Assembly: GCA_035269445.1 (NCBI GenBank)
Contig: DATFJC010000012.1
Coordinates: 1-51,096 of the forward strand
DNA length: 51,096 bases
Origin: Patescibacteria group bacterium
GTDB lineage: Bacteria > Patescibacteriota > Patescibacteriia > UBA2591 > UBA6264
Direction of reading: 5' to 3'
Shown here: positions 1 to 9,761 of the stretch, piece after piece
Position numbering within the stretch: the first letter of the stretch is position 1
Layout of the letters: every line of letters starts with the position of its first letter
Program-made: the position numbers and the translations under genes
The notes under the pieces: model-generated
Database searches by the model: none
What the model was told of the DNA's origin: nothing
Seen by the model: only the letters and a program-made list of their open reading frames with translations

Positions 1-1083
1 ACTATTTTTAAATTCAGGACTTGCTAAAATCTCTCTTAGTCTTATGGTGGCAATTTTCTGGTTTGGCACTTCTATCCCCACTAAGGAGCGGCCCGGAATT
101 GGAGCCTCAATCCTAATGGGATGAGCTGCCAAAGCCATAGATAAATCATTTTGCAAGGTAGTAATTTTAGAAAGCTTAATCCCTTCCTCTGGTCTTAAAG
201 TATACTGAGTAACAGTTGGGCCTGATTTTATTTCCCCCATTTCTACGGGTATAGAAAAGTTTTCTAAAGTATTTTTAATAATCAACCTATTCCCTTTAAT
301 ATCACCAGCATTAGGCTTTTCTGATTTTGATTCTAAAAGATCTAAAGGAATTGTTACACTACTATCGGACTTGGTTTGAAAACTAGTAAAACCAGAATCT
401 TTCTTTTTTAAAGCTTGCTTTTTATTTTCTGGTTCTTGTTTTTGAGAAGAGGCAGCTGCTAGATTGCTTGTTTGTCTTTTTTTCTTTTTAGCTTTTTGAA
501 CCTGTCTTTGCTCTAATCTTTTTTTATTTACTTTAAAAATACCAGCAATTTTCTTTTTTGTTTTAGGATCTAATGCTCCAGTAAAAACTATTATCAAAAG
601 AATGAGCAAGGCTCCAATACAAATTATCCAAGTTGCAATATTACCAAAAGTATTTACCAAAACATAACTTATGCCATAACCAATATATCCTCCCCCAATT
701 GCTTCTTTTAAAGCACTGGCTTTATTTAAATAAGAAATATGGAAAACCGTTGAAAACATTAAAAGCATAGCAAAAAGAGAAAAAACCCTTGCCCCAAACC
801 CAGGTTGCTTACTTAAAGAAGGCTTGGCCCTTCTTTCTTTTATTATATGAAATCTTAAACTAAAAAAAGAAATTAAAAATAAAATAAAAGGGAAAAACCA
901 GGCTCCCCAACCAAAAGCAAATCTTAAGCCTTGAGCTAAAAAATCTCCCCCTTTTCCAGCAATTCCAGCTAAACCTAACAACAAAACAAGTCCAACAGTA
1001 GTTAAGGTAATAGCAATAATCCTTCTTTTTGAAAAAGGTAATTTTTCAAAAGATTTTTTTTCTTTTTTCTTTTTTCTTGCCAT
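1..1083 (-). CDS. ftsK: DNA translocase FtsK/SpoIIIE, N-terminal part (start codon at 1083; C-terminus lies beyond position 1)
   Basis: Not in the ORF track because it runs off the window edge. Hand translation from ATG 1083..1081 gives MARKKKKEKKSFEKLPFSKRR, then about four hydrophobic helices and a K/Q-rich linker. It continues ...GPTVTQYTLRPEEGIKLSKITTLQNDLSMALAAHPIRIEAPIPGRSLVGIEVPNQKIATIRL, a motif I recognise as conserved in FtsK just ahead of the motor domain. The frame is open for all 361 codons. Confidence 0.85.
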   Translation of the reverse strand, partial: MARKKKKEKKSFEKLPFSKRRIIAITLTTVGLVLLLGLAGIAGKGGDFLAQGLRFAFGWGAWFFPFILFLISFFSLRFHIIKERRAKPSLSKQPGFGARVFSLFAMLLMFSTVFHISYLNKASALKEAIGGGYIGYGISYVLVNTFGNIATWIICIGALLILLIIVFTGALDPKTKKKIAGIFKVNKKRLEQRQVQKAKKKKRQTSNLAAASSQKQEPENKKQALKKKDSGFTSFQTKSDSSVTIPLDLLESKSEKPNAGDIKGNRLIIKNTLENFSIPVEMGEIKSGPTVTQYTLRPEEGIKLSKITTLQNDLSMALAAHPIRIEAPIPGRSLVGIEVPNQKIATIRLREILASPEFKNS

Positions 1084-1210
1084 AAAATAGAATTTAAAGC
1101 TTTAATGAATCTTTTATTATATTATAACAAAGATATTGAATAAGTAAACAAAAAGACAAATAATATTTATTTGCCTTGATAACTATAATTTTAATAACTT
1201 TAAAAATGTT

Positions 1211-2881
1211 TTATTTATATTGTAAAACAAAAATCATTGGTTTTAAGCCACTTAAATTAATTCTTATTTTATTTTCAACCTTAAAACAATTCATTTTAGC
1301 CAACCCCTTATTAATCAAAGAAACTTCCTGACTTAAAATAATCATTTTTGAGCCAGAAATTAAAACCCTTTTCATTTCTTTTAAAAATCCAAAATAAAGG
1401 TCTATATTTTTACTATGCTTCCCACTTCTTATACCAAAAGGCATATCAACCACTACCTTATTTATTGAATTTTTAGCTAAAGGTAAATTAGTAGCATCCC
1501 AATGATAGGTCCTTATATTTTGATTAATATTAGAAATATTTTTTTGAGCAGACTTTAAAGCTTTTTTATTTTTATCAGCGCCAATTATTTTTTTATAACC
1601 CCCAGCTAAAGCCCTTTCAATTATAATTGAGCCTGAACCACACATTGGGTCCAAAAAAACATCTGTTTTTAAAATATCTGACAAATAAACAAGCAAATAA
1701 GAAAGATAAGGCTTTAAAGCGGTGCTTGATAAATCTTTCCTCCATTTTCTATTATAATTTAAAAAATCAACCAAATTAAAACCAATTAAAACCTGGTCCT
1801 TGTTTAAAAACCCCCTAACTTCTAAATTGTAATCTTTAGAGATTGTTACAAAGCCTTTTTCTTTTAACCATTTTTTCAAACCCTTCCCTAAAATGGGTCT
1901 AATATCTCTAGTCTTTAAATTCCTTAAATTTACAAAAAAAGCAAATCTATCTTTTTTATCAAATAAATCTGTTAAAAAATTAATATCAACTTGTTTTAAT
2001 CTTTGTTTTAAAAATAAGGGAGTTATTTCTTTTTTATTAATAATACTTATTAAAAAATAGATCTTTTTTAATGATCTAATTTTTCTCAATTCTTTGACAT
2101 CCCCTTTGTATTCAAAAACAATTTTACCATTAAAATATTTTAAAACCTTAATATTTATTTTTTCCTTAATGGAATTAATAGCTTGAGTTTCTAGCCCCTT
2201 AACTGTTAAGCCTAAATATTTATAATTTTTAAGATTTAAATTATTTTCTAATTTTTGTTTAATCTTTTCATTTATACCACTTCTTAGACTGTAGCCTAAT
2301 TGAGAAAGATATTTATTTAAAACATTTTTATTGTCTGAATCAATTATATCCTTATTTTTAATTAAAATTTCCTTTGCTTGACTACCCCCTATCTCATAAA
2401 TAGTTTTTATAACCTTTTTTTGAACATCAGCAAAAGAATTTTTTAAAACCTCTTCTAAAGCTGGCAAGGCTTTCTTAATTTTTGCCTTAGACAAGGCAAC
2501 CATGACTCTTGACTTTACCCCTAAATCATCATGTTTTAGGGCTTTTATAAGAGGGTTAATATTTTTTAAATTACCCTTTGTTAAACTTTTTCCTAAAACC
2601 AAAACAGCCTTTCTTCTTACTTTTTTATTATCATGATTTATTAAAGCTGCTATTTGATTTTCTATATTTTTTAAGTCTATTAGTAGATTGGTTAATTGAT
2701 GAGCCCATTTATTATCTGACTTAATCAATTCAACCCAAAATATAACTAAATTAGCCCCGACCTTGTCAGGGAGATTTTTTAAAATTATCATCTTCTCCTT
2801 TTTATTTTTTTTATTAAAAAGGTTTAAAGCTTTATTTATTTTTTTATTATCAATACTTTGAAAAAAATCATTTTGATTCAT
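1211..2881 (-). CDS. HEAT-repeat / THUMP-domain / class I SAM-dependent RNA methyltransferase fusion (RlmL/Trm14/TrmN-like, probable m2G type)
   Basis: 556 aa. The N-terminal ~190 aa hold repeated HEAT/PBS-lyase-like helices (KKVRRKAVLVLGK, DDLGVKSRVMVALSK, DVQKKVIKTIYEIG). The middle is THUMP-like. The C-terminal MTase has motif I LDPMCGSGSIIIERA and motif IV VVDMPFG. Confidence 0.7.
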   Translation of the reverse strand: MNQNDFFQSIDNKKINKALNLFNKKNKKEKMIILKNLPDKVGANLVIFWVELIKSDNKWAHQLTNLLIDLKNIENQIAALINHDNKKVRRKAVLVLGKSLTKGNLKNINPLIKALKHDDLGVKSRVMVALSKAKIKKALPALEEVLKNSFADVQKKVIKTIYEIGGSQAKEILIKNKDIIDSDNKNVLNKYLSQLGYSLRSGINEKIKQKLENNLNLKNYKYLGLTVKGLETQAINSIKEKINIKVLKYFNGKIVFEYKGDVKELRKIRSLKKIYFLISIINKKEITPLFLKQRLKQVDINFLTDLFDKKDRFAFFVNLRNLKTRDIRPILGKGLKKWLKEKGFVTISKDYNLEVRGFLNKDQVLIGFNLVDFLNYNRKWRKDLSSTALKPYLSYLLVYLSDILKTDVFLDPMCGSGSIIIERALAGGYKKIIGADKNKKALKSAQKNISNINQNIRTYHWDATNLPLAKNSINKVVVDMPFGIRSGKHSKNIDLYFGFLKEMKRVLISGSKMIILSQEVSLINKGLAKMNCFKVENKIRINLSGLKPMIFVLQYK

Positions 2882-3116
2882 AATTTTTAAACAATTAACT
2901 GAAATAATATTTGGCCCTTATTAGCCCCTTCTTACTCAAAGGTTAACACATGTTAACTTAATATCAAGACCTAATAATTAAATAAATAAAAATTAGATTT
3001 ATATTAAATTTTCATATAGCACTTATTTATTATATCTTAAGACTATTTTATAATTTCCGATTCTTTTTAAAAATGCTATTATTAAGTTAATTATAGTAAT
3101 TAATAAAATAAGTCTT

Positions 3117-5213
3117 GTGAAAAAGAAAACATTTAAAAACTTCATCCTTTATATTATTTTGACCCTTGCTATCTTTATTATTGCCTTTTTTATTCAAACC
3201 TTATTTATAACCCAAAACAATTATCAAGCTACAGAAAAAATAAAAAAATGGACTAAAAATTACATTAAAGCTGGTGAATTATCTTTTCAAAGATCTGGCT
3301 TAAAAAGATACCCTTCTCCTAAAAACTGGGCTGGTGAAATTGTATATTCTATATTAGTTGACCGCTTTAACAATGGAAACCCAGAAAACGACTTGGCCAA
3401 TACTGCCGGCTTTCAAAAAAACAATAATATTGATTATTCTAAAATTCCTAAATATAAGCACGGTGGAGACCTTGAAGGAATTATTAAACGACTAGATTAT
3501 TTAAAAGATTTAGGAGTAACTAGTTTATGGATTAGTCCAATATTTAAAAATACTGGCACTTATCATGGTTATAACCCTATTGATTTTACTAAAGTAGACC
3601 CCAATTTTGGAAACAAAAAAATCTTGCGTAAATTAGTTAAAAAAGCTCATGAAAAAGAAATTAAAATAATTTTAGACATTGTAGCAAATCATATGGGTGA
3701 TTTAAAAACAAATTATTCCCAAAAGCCCCAAAACCGAGAAAAAGCAATAAAGACCTTAGATAAAAATTATCAAACTGATCTTAATAATAAAATATTGGGT
3801 CAGGGTAAAATAAATTTTAGCCCTGATTTTTTTCCTTTATTTAAAAATAAAGATTTTTTCTCACGCATGGGTCCTAATACAATCAAAGAAGTAAAATCTA
3901 TGACCCCAACTTCTATTTATGGAGATTTTACACCAACTATGTTTGACTTTAATACCCAAAATAAAGACTTTCAAGAAATATTTACAAACTTAATAAAACA
4001 TTGGATAGCTTTTACAGATATAGACGGGATCAGGCTAGATGCAGCAAAGCATTTAACTTCAGATTTTGTTGCTTACTTTTCTACTCACATAAGAGACTAT
4101 GCCCAATCTATTAATAAAGATAATTTTTTTATTATAGGAGAAATAGCTGCCAATGCTGATCACCAAGTTAAACAATTAGGCAAAATTGTAGAAAATGTTA
4201 ATCAGCCAGATCAAGCTAAGAAGCTACCCCTTACTTTAATTGAAAAAATTAAATCCTTAAAAAACAAATATCTTTCTCATAAAAACTTTAAATATCCTGG
4301 CCTTAATGCAATTTATAATTTTAAGTTTAGTGGCATATCTAAAGATGTATTACTTAATCAAAAAAACATTAAATCACTACAAGGCTACTTTAATTCAAAA
4401 GACTTTAATGCTATTTCCAATCAAGCTGATTATAATACCTTTTGGAATGTTTTAGAAATACATGACTGGCCCCGTTTTAGCAGTAAATATCCCGAAAATA
4501 TAAATAAAACAAAGCTAGGCCTATCTTATTTATCAGTTTCCCAAGGCGTACCCGTAATATATTATGGATTTGAGCAAGGCTTAAATGGCCAAATTAATAA
4601 AAAAGATTTAAATTCAAGCCAAATCAAAAATTTAAATGAGTTTATTTCTAACCCCTTACACGACTCATTATTTCGCCAAGACTTTTTCAATGCTGGCCCT
4701 TGGAAACTGGGTAGTAGTGTGGCTGCAATTAATAAGCTCTCTTTTATTGGTAAGTCACAAAATAAAAACCCTTCTTTAACAAAAAAAGACCCATATTTAA
4801 ATAAAAATCACAAAGTATATAAAACAGCTAGAAAAGTAAATCACATTAGACTATCAAGTAAGGCTCTAAAATATGGCAATACCTATATAAGATATGCTAG
4901 CAATAAAAAAGAAGGCCTTTTTGCCTTTTCTAGAATTTATAAAGATAAAGAAATCCTTATCATAATAAACCAAAGCTCAAAAGAAATTTCTCTTCCATTT
5001 TTAACAATCGATTGCCTGTTAAATAAAAAAATCAATCAAAAATATCAAAATCTTTTAGTCAAAAATCAAACCGCCCAAGTTAAAAAAGACAATAATTGGA
5101 CCTACCTTGATTTTAATAAAGCTAAAATAGCCAGTAATTCAATCATGATACTTGCCCCTAAAAATAGCTTAACTAAATGGGATGATTATCTTGATTGCTA
5201 TAAAATAAAATAA
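3117..5213 (+). CDS. Membrane-anchored/secreted GH13 alpha-amylase family glycoside hydrolase
   Basis: 698 aa with a GTG start and an N-terminal signal-anchor (FILYIILTLAIFIIAFFIQTLFI). GH13 regions are DIVANH (I), GIRLDAAKH (II), GEIA (III) and LEIHD (IV). This is the only convincing + strand gene. Confidence 0.85.
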   Translation: MKKKTFKNFILYIILTLAIFIIAFFIQTLFITQNNYQATEKIKKWTKNYIKAGELSFQRSGLKRYPSPKNWAGEIVYSILVDRFNNGNPENDLANTAGFQKNNNIDYSKIPKYKHGGDLEGIIKRLDYLKDLGVTSLWISPIFKNTGTYHGYNPIDFTKVDPNFGNKKILRKLVKKAHEKEIKIILDIVANHMGDLKTNYSQKPQNREKAIKTLDKNYQTDLNNKILGQGKINFSPDFFPLFKNKDFFSRMGPNTIKEVKSMTPTSIYGDFTPTMFDFNTQNKDFQEIFTNLIKHWIAFTDIDGIRLDAAKHLTSDFVAYFSTHIRDYAQSINKDNFFIIGEIAANADHQVKQLGKIVENVNQPDQAKKLPLTLIEKIKSLKNKYLSHKNFKYPGLNAIYNFKFSGISKDVLLNQKNIKSLQGYFNSKDFNAISNQADYNTFWNVLEIHDWPRFSSKYPENINKTKLGLSYLSVSQGVPVIYYGFEQGLNGQINKKDLNSSQIKNLNEFISNPLHDSLFRQDFFNAGPWKLGSSVAAINKLSFIGKSQNKNPSLTKKDPYLNKNHKVYKTARKVNHIRLSSKALKYGNTYIRYASNKKEGLFAFSRIYKDKEILIIINQSSKEISLPFLTIDCLLNKKINQKYQNLLVKNQTAQVKKDNNWTYLDFNKAKIASNSIMILAPKNSLTKWDDYLDCYKIK

Positions 5214-5249
5214 AATCTAGCTGCCTTATTTTAATAAAAAAAGAAAAAA

Positions 5250-5271
5250 GGGAGAGTTTTTTAACTCTCCC
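5250..5271 (-). terminator. Intrinsic terminator between convergent genes (GGGAGAGTT-tttt-AACTCTCCC)
   Basis: Perfect 9-bp stem with a 4-nt loop. On the minus strand it is followed by TTTTTTCTTTTTTT. It lies 10 nt after the stop of the 5281..5901 gene and 37 nt after the amylase stop. Confidence 0.8.
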
Positions 5272-5280
5272 TAGCTTAAT

Positions 5281-5901
5281 TTAATTAAAAGTGTAAGCCA
5301 ATTCAAACTTAGCTACACTTTGGCCATCTTCTTTAGTAAAAATATTTGCATTTTTACTATCCTTGTTTCCTTTCCCGGCAAAAATTTCAAACCGGAAATC
5401 TTGAAAAGCATATTCTAAAGCTATGCCCAAGATAAAAACATCAAGATCGCCATTATTATAGTTTAGAATTTCTGGCCCCAAGCCTATACCTACTGTCCTG
5501 TAAAGCAACATGTGTTTTGCTTTATAATCTTCTAAATAAGCAGTTTCATCAAGGCTTAACAAATTCTTACTATAAAAATATAAAGGTCCATGCTTTTTGG
5601 AAAATACTCCTAAAGCATCATAGCTGTCAAGATTAAAAAATCCTTCACCTGAAAATGTAAAACAAAGGATCAAGCTTGTTTTAACATTTAGGCTCTTTAT
5701 CAAAAAGTTTGGACCAAGCCCCAAACTAAACGAATCTCCGCTTAACGGAAAAGCAGTATAAAGGGTGGTTTCTTCTTCTGTAAAGTAGCCTTCTAAAAAT
5801 AGATCATGATCAATAATCTTTTCAGCTTCTACATTTACTTCCCCAAAAACACTAATCGCTACTAATAGCGCGATAATAATGATCATTATTACCTTTTTCA
5901 T
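5281..5901 (-). CDS. Hypothetical secreted beta-strand-rich protein (signal peptide; alternating hydrophobic pattern; C-terminal ...ELAYTFN)
   Basis: 206 aa with N-terminal MKKVIMIIIIALLVAISVFGE. It has a GGAGG SD 5 nt before the ATG, its own consensus promoter and its own terminator. No family recognised. Confidence 0.6.
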   Translation of the reverse strand: MKKVIMIIIIALLVAISVFGEVNVEAEKIIDHDLFLEGYFTEEETTLYTAFPLSGDSFSLGLGPNFLIKSLNVKTSLILCFTFSGEGFFNLDSYDALGVFSKKHGPLYFYSKNLLSLDETAYLEDYKAKHMLLYRTVGIGLGPEILNYNNGDLDVFILGIALEYAFQDFRFEIFAGKGNKDSKNANIFTKEDGQSVAKFELAYTFN

Positions 5902-5943
5902 CTTTGCCTCCTTTTTTTTATTATCAAAGATCTTTGTATTTTA

Positions 5944-5972
5944 ATTATAATGAATTTATGGAATTTTGTCAA
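5944..5972 (-). promoter_or_regulatory. Sigma70-type promoter, TTGACA-17 nt-TATAAT (perfect consensus) for the 5281..5901 gene
   Basis: Minus strand reads TTGACAaaattccataaattcatTATAAT. The -35 is at 5972..5967 and the -10 at 5949..5944, about 45 nt upstream of the ATG. Confidence 0.6.
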
Positions 5973-6016
5973 TCCCATATTCCTTAAAATAACTATAATT
6001 AAGCTAAATAAAAACA

Positions 6017-6043
6017 CTTCGCTTAGAATAAATCCAAGCGAAG
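6017..6043 (-). terminator. Intrinsic terminator after rpoC (CTTCGCTT-11 nt loop-AAGCGAAG)
   Basis: 8-bp GC-containing stem about 40 nt after the rpoC stop, followed on the minus strand by TGTTTTTATTT. Confidence 0.65.
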
Positions 6044-6081
6044 CATAACTAAAAAAAATTAATATTTAAATAAATTATGTT

Positions 6082-9000
6082 TTATTTGCTTTTTTCCCAA
6101 CCTGTTCCAGCTGGAATAAGGCGCCCCACAATTACATTTTCTTTTAAACCATAAAGATTGTCAATCTGACCGCTTACCGAAGCATTAGCCAAAGATCTTG
6201 AAGTTCTTTGAAAAGAAGCAGAAGAAAGCCAACTATCAGTTGAAAGAGATACTTTTGTTATACCAACTAAAAGCTCTCTTGCTTTAGCTGGGGTTTTAGT
6301 CTTATAATCTGCAATTTTTTCATTTTCTTCTTGAAAATAAGACTTAGGCACTATTTCTCCTGGCAAAAGACTGGTATCACCAGACTCTATTACCATGCAA
6401 CGAGAAAACATTTTTTTAATAATAATCTCAATATGCTTTTCATTCAAGGTTTGTCCATGAGAAGAATAAATATATTGAATTTCTCTTAATATATATTTTT
6501 CAACCGCTCTTTTGCCTTTTAACTTATAAAGTTCTTCTAAGTCTATATGTCCATCAGTTAATTGATCTCCTTTTTTAACTCTATCACCATCTTTTACCCA
6601 AAGAGAAAAGCCAGAAACATCATGCTCTTTCTTTTTAATATCTTTTCCTTTCTTGTTTTTCGCCTTTTTATTTTTCTTAGGCTTATCATATAAAATAACA
6701 AGTTTTTTATTGCCACTTTCATCAAGAATTTTTACCTTACCATCACCATGAGCTAAAACAGCTCTTTTTTTAACTGACCTTGCTTCAAATAGTTGTTCTG
6801 CACGTGGTAAACCTTGAGTAATATCCTCACCAGCTACACCACCACTATGGAAAGTTCTTAAAGTAAGCTGGGTACCAGGCTCACCAATACTTTGAGCAGC
6901 TATTACCCCCACTGGGGAGCCAACTTGAACCTCTTTGTTATAACTTAAATCATAGCCATAACATTTAGCACAAACCCCTCTATTACTTTTACATGTAAGA
7001 GCAGAACGAATCTTTAAACTTTCTGGATCAGCTTTTTCTATTTGAGCTGCTTTTTCTTTTGTTATTAAATCGTTTTTCCTTGCTAATATTTTTTTTGTTT
7101 TAGGATCCTTAATTGTATCAGCAGCATATCTTCCCCTTATCCTTTCTGCCCAAGTAGTATTCATTCTTTTGGTTCCCTTTCTAGTTATAATCAAGCCCTC
7201 TTCATCACCACAATCGTCCTCACGTACAATAACGTCTTGAGCTACATCAACTAGTCTTCTTGTTAAATATCCCGCCTTAGCAGTTCTTAAAGCCGTATCA
7301 GCCAAACCCTTTCTTGAACCATGAGTAGAAATAAAGTATTCTAAGGCATCTAAACCCTGTTTATAAGCAGATTTAATAGGAAGCTCCATTCTTTTTCCAG
7401 TTGGAGAAGAAACAGTTCCCTTCATACCAAACATTTGAGTAAGTTGCCTCCAAGAACCACGAGCTCCTGATTCAACCATAGAATAAACTGTATTATGAGG
7501 TAAGCTTTTTTTAACTAATTCAGTTATCTCTTCTTTGGCATCCATCCAAGTATCAACAACTTTTTTATGTTTTTCCTCTTCTGATAAAAGACCCTCTTCG
7601 TACTGATCATTTAAGCTTTTTACTTTTTTCTCAGCTATTTTTAAAATTTTATCTTTTCCTTTTAAATTTGGCAAATCTCCCATTCCCCAGGAAAAGCCAG
7701 ACATTGTTAAGTGTTTTAAACTATATTTTTTAATTTTATCTAAATATGGAGCAGTCTTTTCTGGTCCTTGTTCTTCAATAATGCGGGAAACAATTTGCTT
7801 TAACTTAGTTTGATCAACCACTTCTTTCATATCATAAATACCCTTTGGTAAAATATTTTTAAATATAATCCTTCCCACACTAGTAGTAATAATACCTTTT
7901 CCAGTTCTTAAAAGAACCTTTTCATTAATAGTTACCCGTTTCATTTCATAGGCAGAAATAGCATCTTCTTCATCGCTAAAAGCAGGAAAGTTTAAGCCTT
8001 TTTCTTTAGATTCTAATTGTTTTTTCTTTTCATCTTTAGGAAATTTAGTCATATAATAAACTCCCCAAACCATATCTTTTGGAGGAGTAATAATTGGTTC
8101 ACCACTAGAAGGCTTTAACATATTATGAGTAGAAAGCATAATGTTTTTAGCCTCTTCTTGAGCCTGCTTAGTAATTGGTACATGAACTGCCATTTGATCA
8201 CCATCAAAGTCAGCATTAAAAGCAGCACAAGCCAAAGGATGAAGTTGAATAGCCTTGCCTTCTATTAAAATAGGTTGATAGGCCTGAATTCCTAAACGAT
8301 GCAAAGTAGGAGCACGATTTAATAAAACATAAGAATCCTTAACCACCTCATCTAGGGCGTCCCAAACATCTTCAGTTCCCCTATCTATTAAATTATTAGC
8401 ACTGTGAACATTATGAACTATTTCTTTTTTTATTAACTTAGAGGCAACAAAGGGCTTAAAAAGCTCAGCTGCCATTACTTTTGGAAGACCACATTGATGC
8501 ATTTTCAATTTTGGTCCTACCACAATAACACTTCGGCCTGAATAATCAACACGTTTACCAAGTAAGTTTCTTCTAAATCTACCCTGCTTACCCTTTAGCA
8601 TATCAGCTATAGATTTTAATGGTCTTTTTTGACCAGTAGAAGAAGTAGTAGTTTTACGAGATTTTTTACTATTATCAATCAAAGCATCAACTGCTTCTTG
8701 AAGCATTCTTTTTTCATTTCTTAAAATTACTTCAGGAGCATTTAATTTATAAAGTTTTTTCAAACGATTATTTCTATTAATTACCCTTCTATATAAATCA
8801 TTTAAATCTGATGAAGCAAATCTACCACCGTCTAAGGGTACTAATGGTCTAAGTTTTGGGGGAACAACAGGCAAAGCCTTTAAAATCATCCATTCTGGCT
8901 TAATATCATTTTTTAAAAAGTATTCAACAAACTTTAATCTTTTAGTTAGTTTTTTTTGCTTGCCTTTGCTTTTAGTACTTAACTTTTCTTTTTTAATATC

Positions 9001-9741
9001 TGAGGCTAATTTATCTAAATCTTCTTCTTGCAAAAGCCTACTAATTGCCTCTGCCCCTATACCAGCATTAAAAACATGACCATATTTTAAAGAAAGCTCG
9101 CGATATTCAACTTCTGTTATAAGTTGTTTTTTCTTTAAACTTTTAATCTGTTTTAGGTTTTTTTTGTAATCTTTTTTTAATCTTTCTTTAATATCTTCTT
9201 CTGTGGCTTGTTTAATTTTATCTTGAAATTCTTTTTTAAGTTTTTTAATAACTTGTTTTTTTAAATCCTCTTCTACGCTAAAAATAACAAAGTTGGCAAA
9301 ATAAACTACTTTTTCAATATTTTTAATTGACATACCCAAAACCATCCCTACTTTAGAAGGGATTCCTCTTAAAAACCAAATGTGACTTACTGGAGCAGCT
9401 AAATCAATATGACCAAATCGTTCTCTTCTTACTAAGCTTCTTGTTACTTCTACCCCACACCTATCACAAACAATGCCTTTGTATCTAATTTTTTTGTATT
9501 TACCACAAGCACATTGAAAGTCTTTAACTGGCCCAAAAATCTTTTGACAAAATAAACCGTCTCTTTCTGGTTTTCTTGTTCTATAATTTATAGTTTCTGG
9601 TTCTAAAACTTCTCCATAAGACCATTTTTTAATCTCTTCAGGCGAAGCTAAAGAAAGCCTTAATGAATCAAAATCAAATGAGGTTTTAGGCTTTGTCTTT
9701 TTTGGTAAAATAAATGTTGAAACACTAGATGGAGCAGGCAT
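6082..9741 (-). CDS. rpoC: DNA-directed RNA polymerase subunit beta'
   Basis: 1219 aa with the catalytic [14 protein letters not shown] motif and an N-terminal Zn motif CACGKY...CDRCGVEV. It sits immediately downstream of rpoB. Confidence 0.97.
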   Translation of the reverse strand: MPAPSSVSTFILPKKTKPKTSFDFDSLRLSLASPEEIKKWSYGEVLEPETINYRTRKPERDGLFCQKIFGPVKDFQCACGKYKKIRYKGIVCDRCGVEVTRSLVRRERFGHIDLAAPVSHIWFLRGIPSKVGMVLGMSIKNIEKVVYFANFVIFSVEEDLKKQVIKKLKKEFQDKIKQATEEDIKERLKKDYKKNLKQIKSLKKKQLITEVEYRELSLKYGHVFNAGIGAEAISRLLQEEDLDKLASDIKKEKLSTKSKGKQKKLTKRLKFVEYFLKNDIKPEWMILKALPVVPPKLRPLVPLDGGRFASSDLNDLYRRVINRNNRLKKLYKLNAPEVILRNEKRMLQEAVDALIDNSKKSRKTTTSSTGQKRPLKSIADMLKGKQGRFRRNLLGKRVDYSGRSVIVVGPKLKMHQCGLPKVMAAELFKPFVASKLIKKEIVHNVHSANNLIDRGTEDVWDALDEVVKDSYVLLNRAPTLHRLGIQAYQPILIEGKAIQLHPLACAAFNADFDGDQMAVHVPITKQAQEEAKNIMLSTHNMLKPSSGEPIITPPKDMVWGVYYMTKFPKDEKKKQLESKEKGLNFPAFSDEEDAISAYEMKRVTINEKVLLRTGKGIITTSVGRIIFKNILPKGIYDMKEVVDQTKLKQIVSRIIEEQGPEKTAPYLDKIKKYSLKHLTMSGFSWGMGDLPNLKGKDKILKIAEKKVKSLNDQYEEGLLSEEEKHKKVVDTWMDAKEEITELVKKSLPHNTVYSMVESGARGSWRQLTQMFGMKGTVSSPTGKRMELPIKSAYKQGLDALEYFISTHGSRKGLADTALRTAKAGYLTRRLVDVAQDVIVREDDCGDEEGLIITRKGTKRMNTTWAERIRGRYAADTIKDPKTKKILARKNDLITKEKAAQIEKADPESLKIRSALTCKSNRGVCAKCYGYDLSYNKEVQVGSPVGVIAAQSIGEPGTQLTLRTFHSGGVAGEDITQGLPRAEQLFEARSVKKRAVLAHGDGKVKILDESGNKKLVILYDKPKKNKKAKNKKGKDIKKKEHDVSGFSLWVKDGDRVKKGDQLTDGHIDLEELYKLKGKRAVEKYILREIQYIYSSHGQTLNEKHIEIIIKKMFSRCMVIESGDTSLLPGEIVPKSYFQEENEKIADYKTKTPAKARELLVGITKVSLSTDSWLSSASFQRTSRSLANASVSGQIDNLYGLKENVIVGRLIPAGTGWEKSK

Positions 9742-9761
9742 AAATTATATATTTATTTTAA

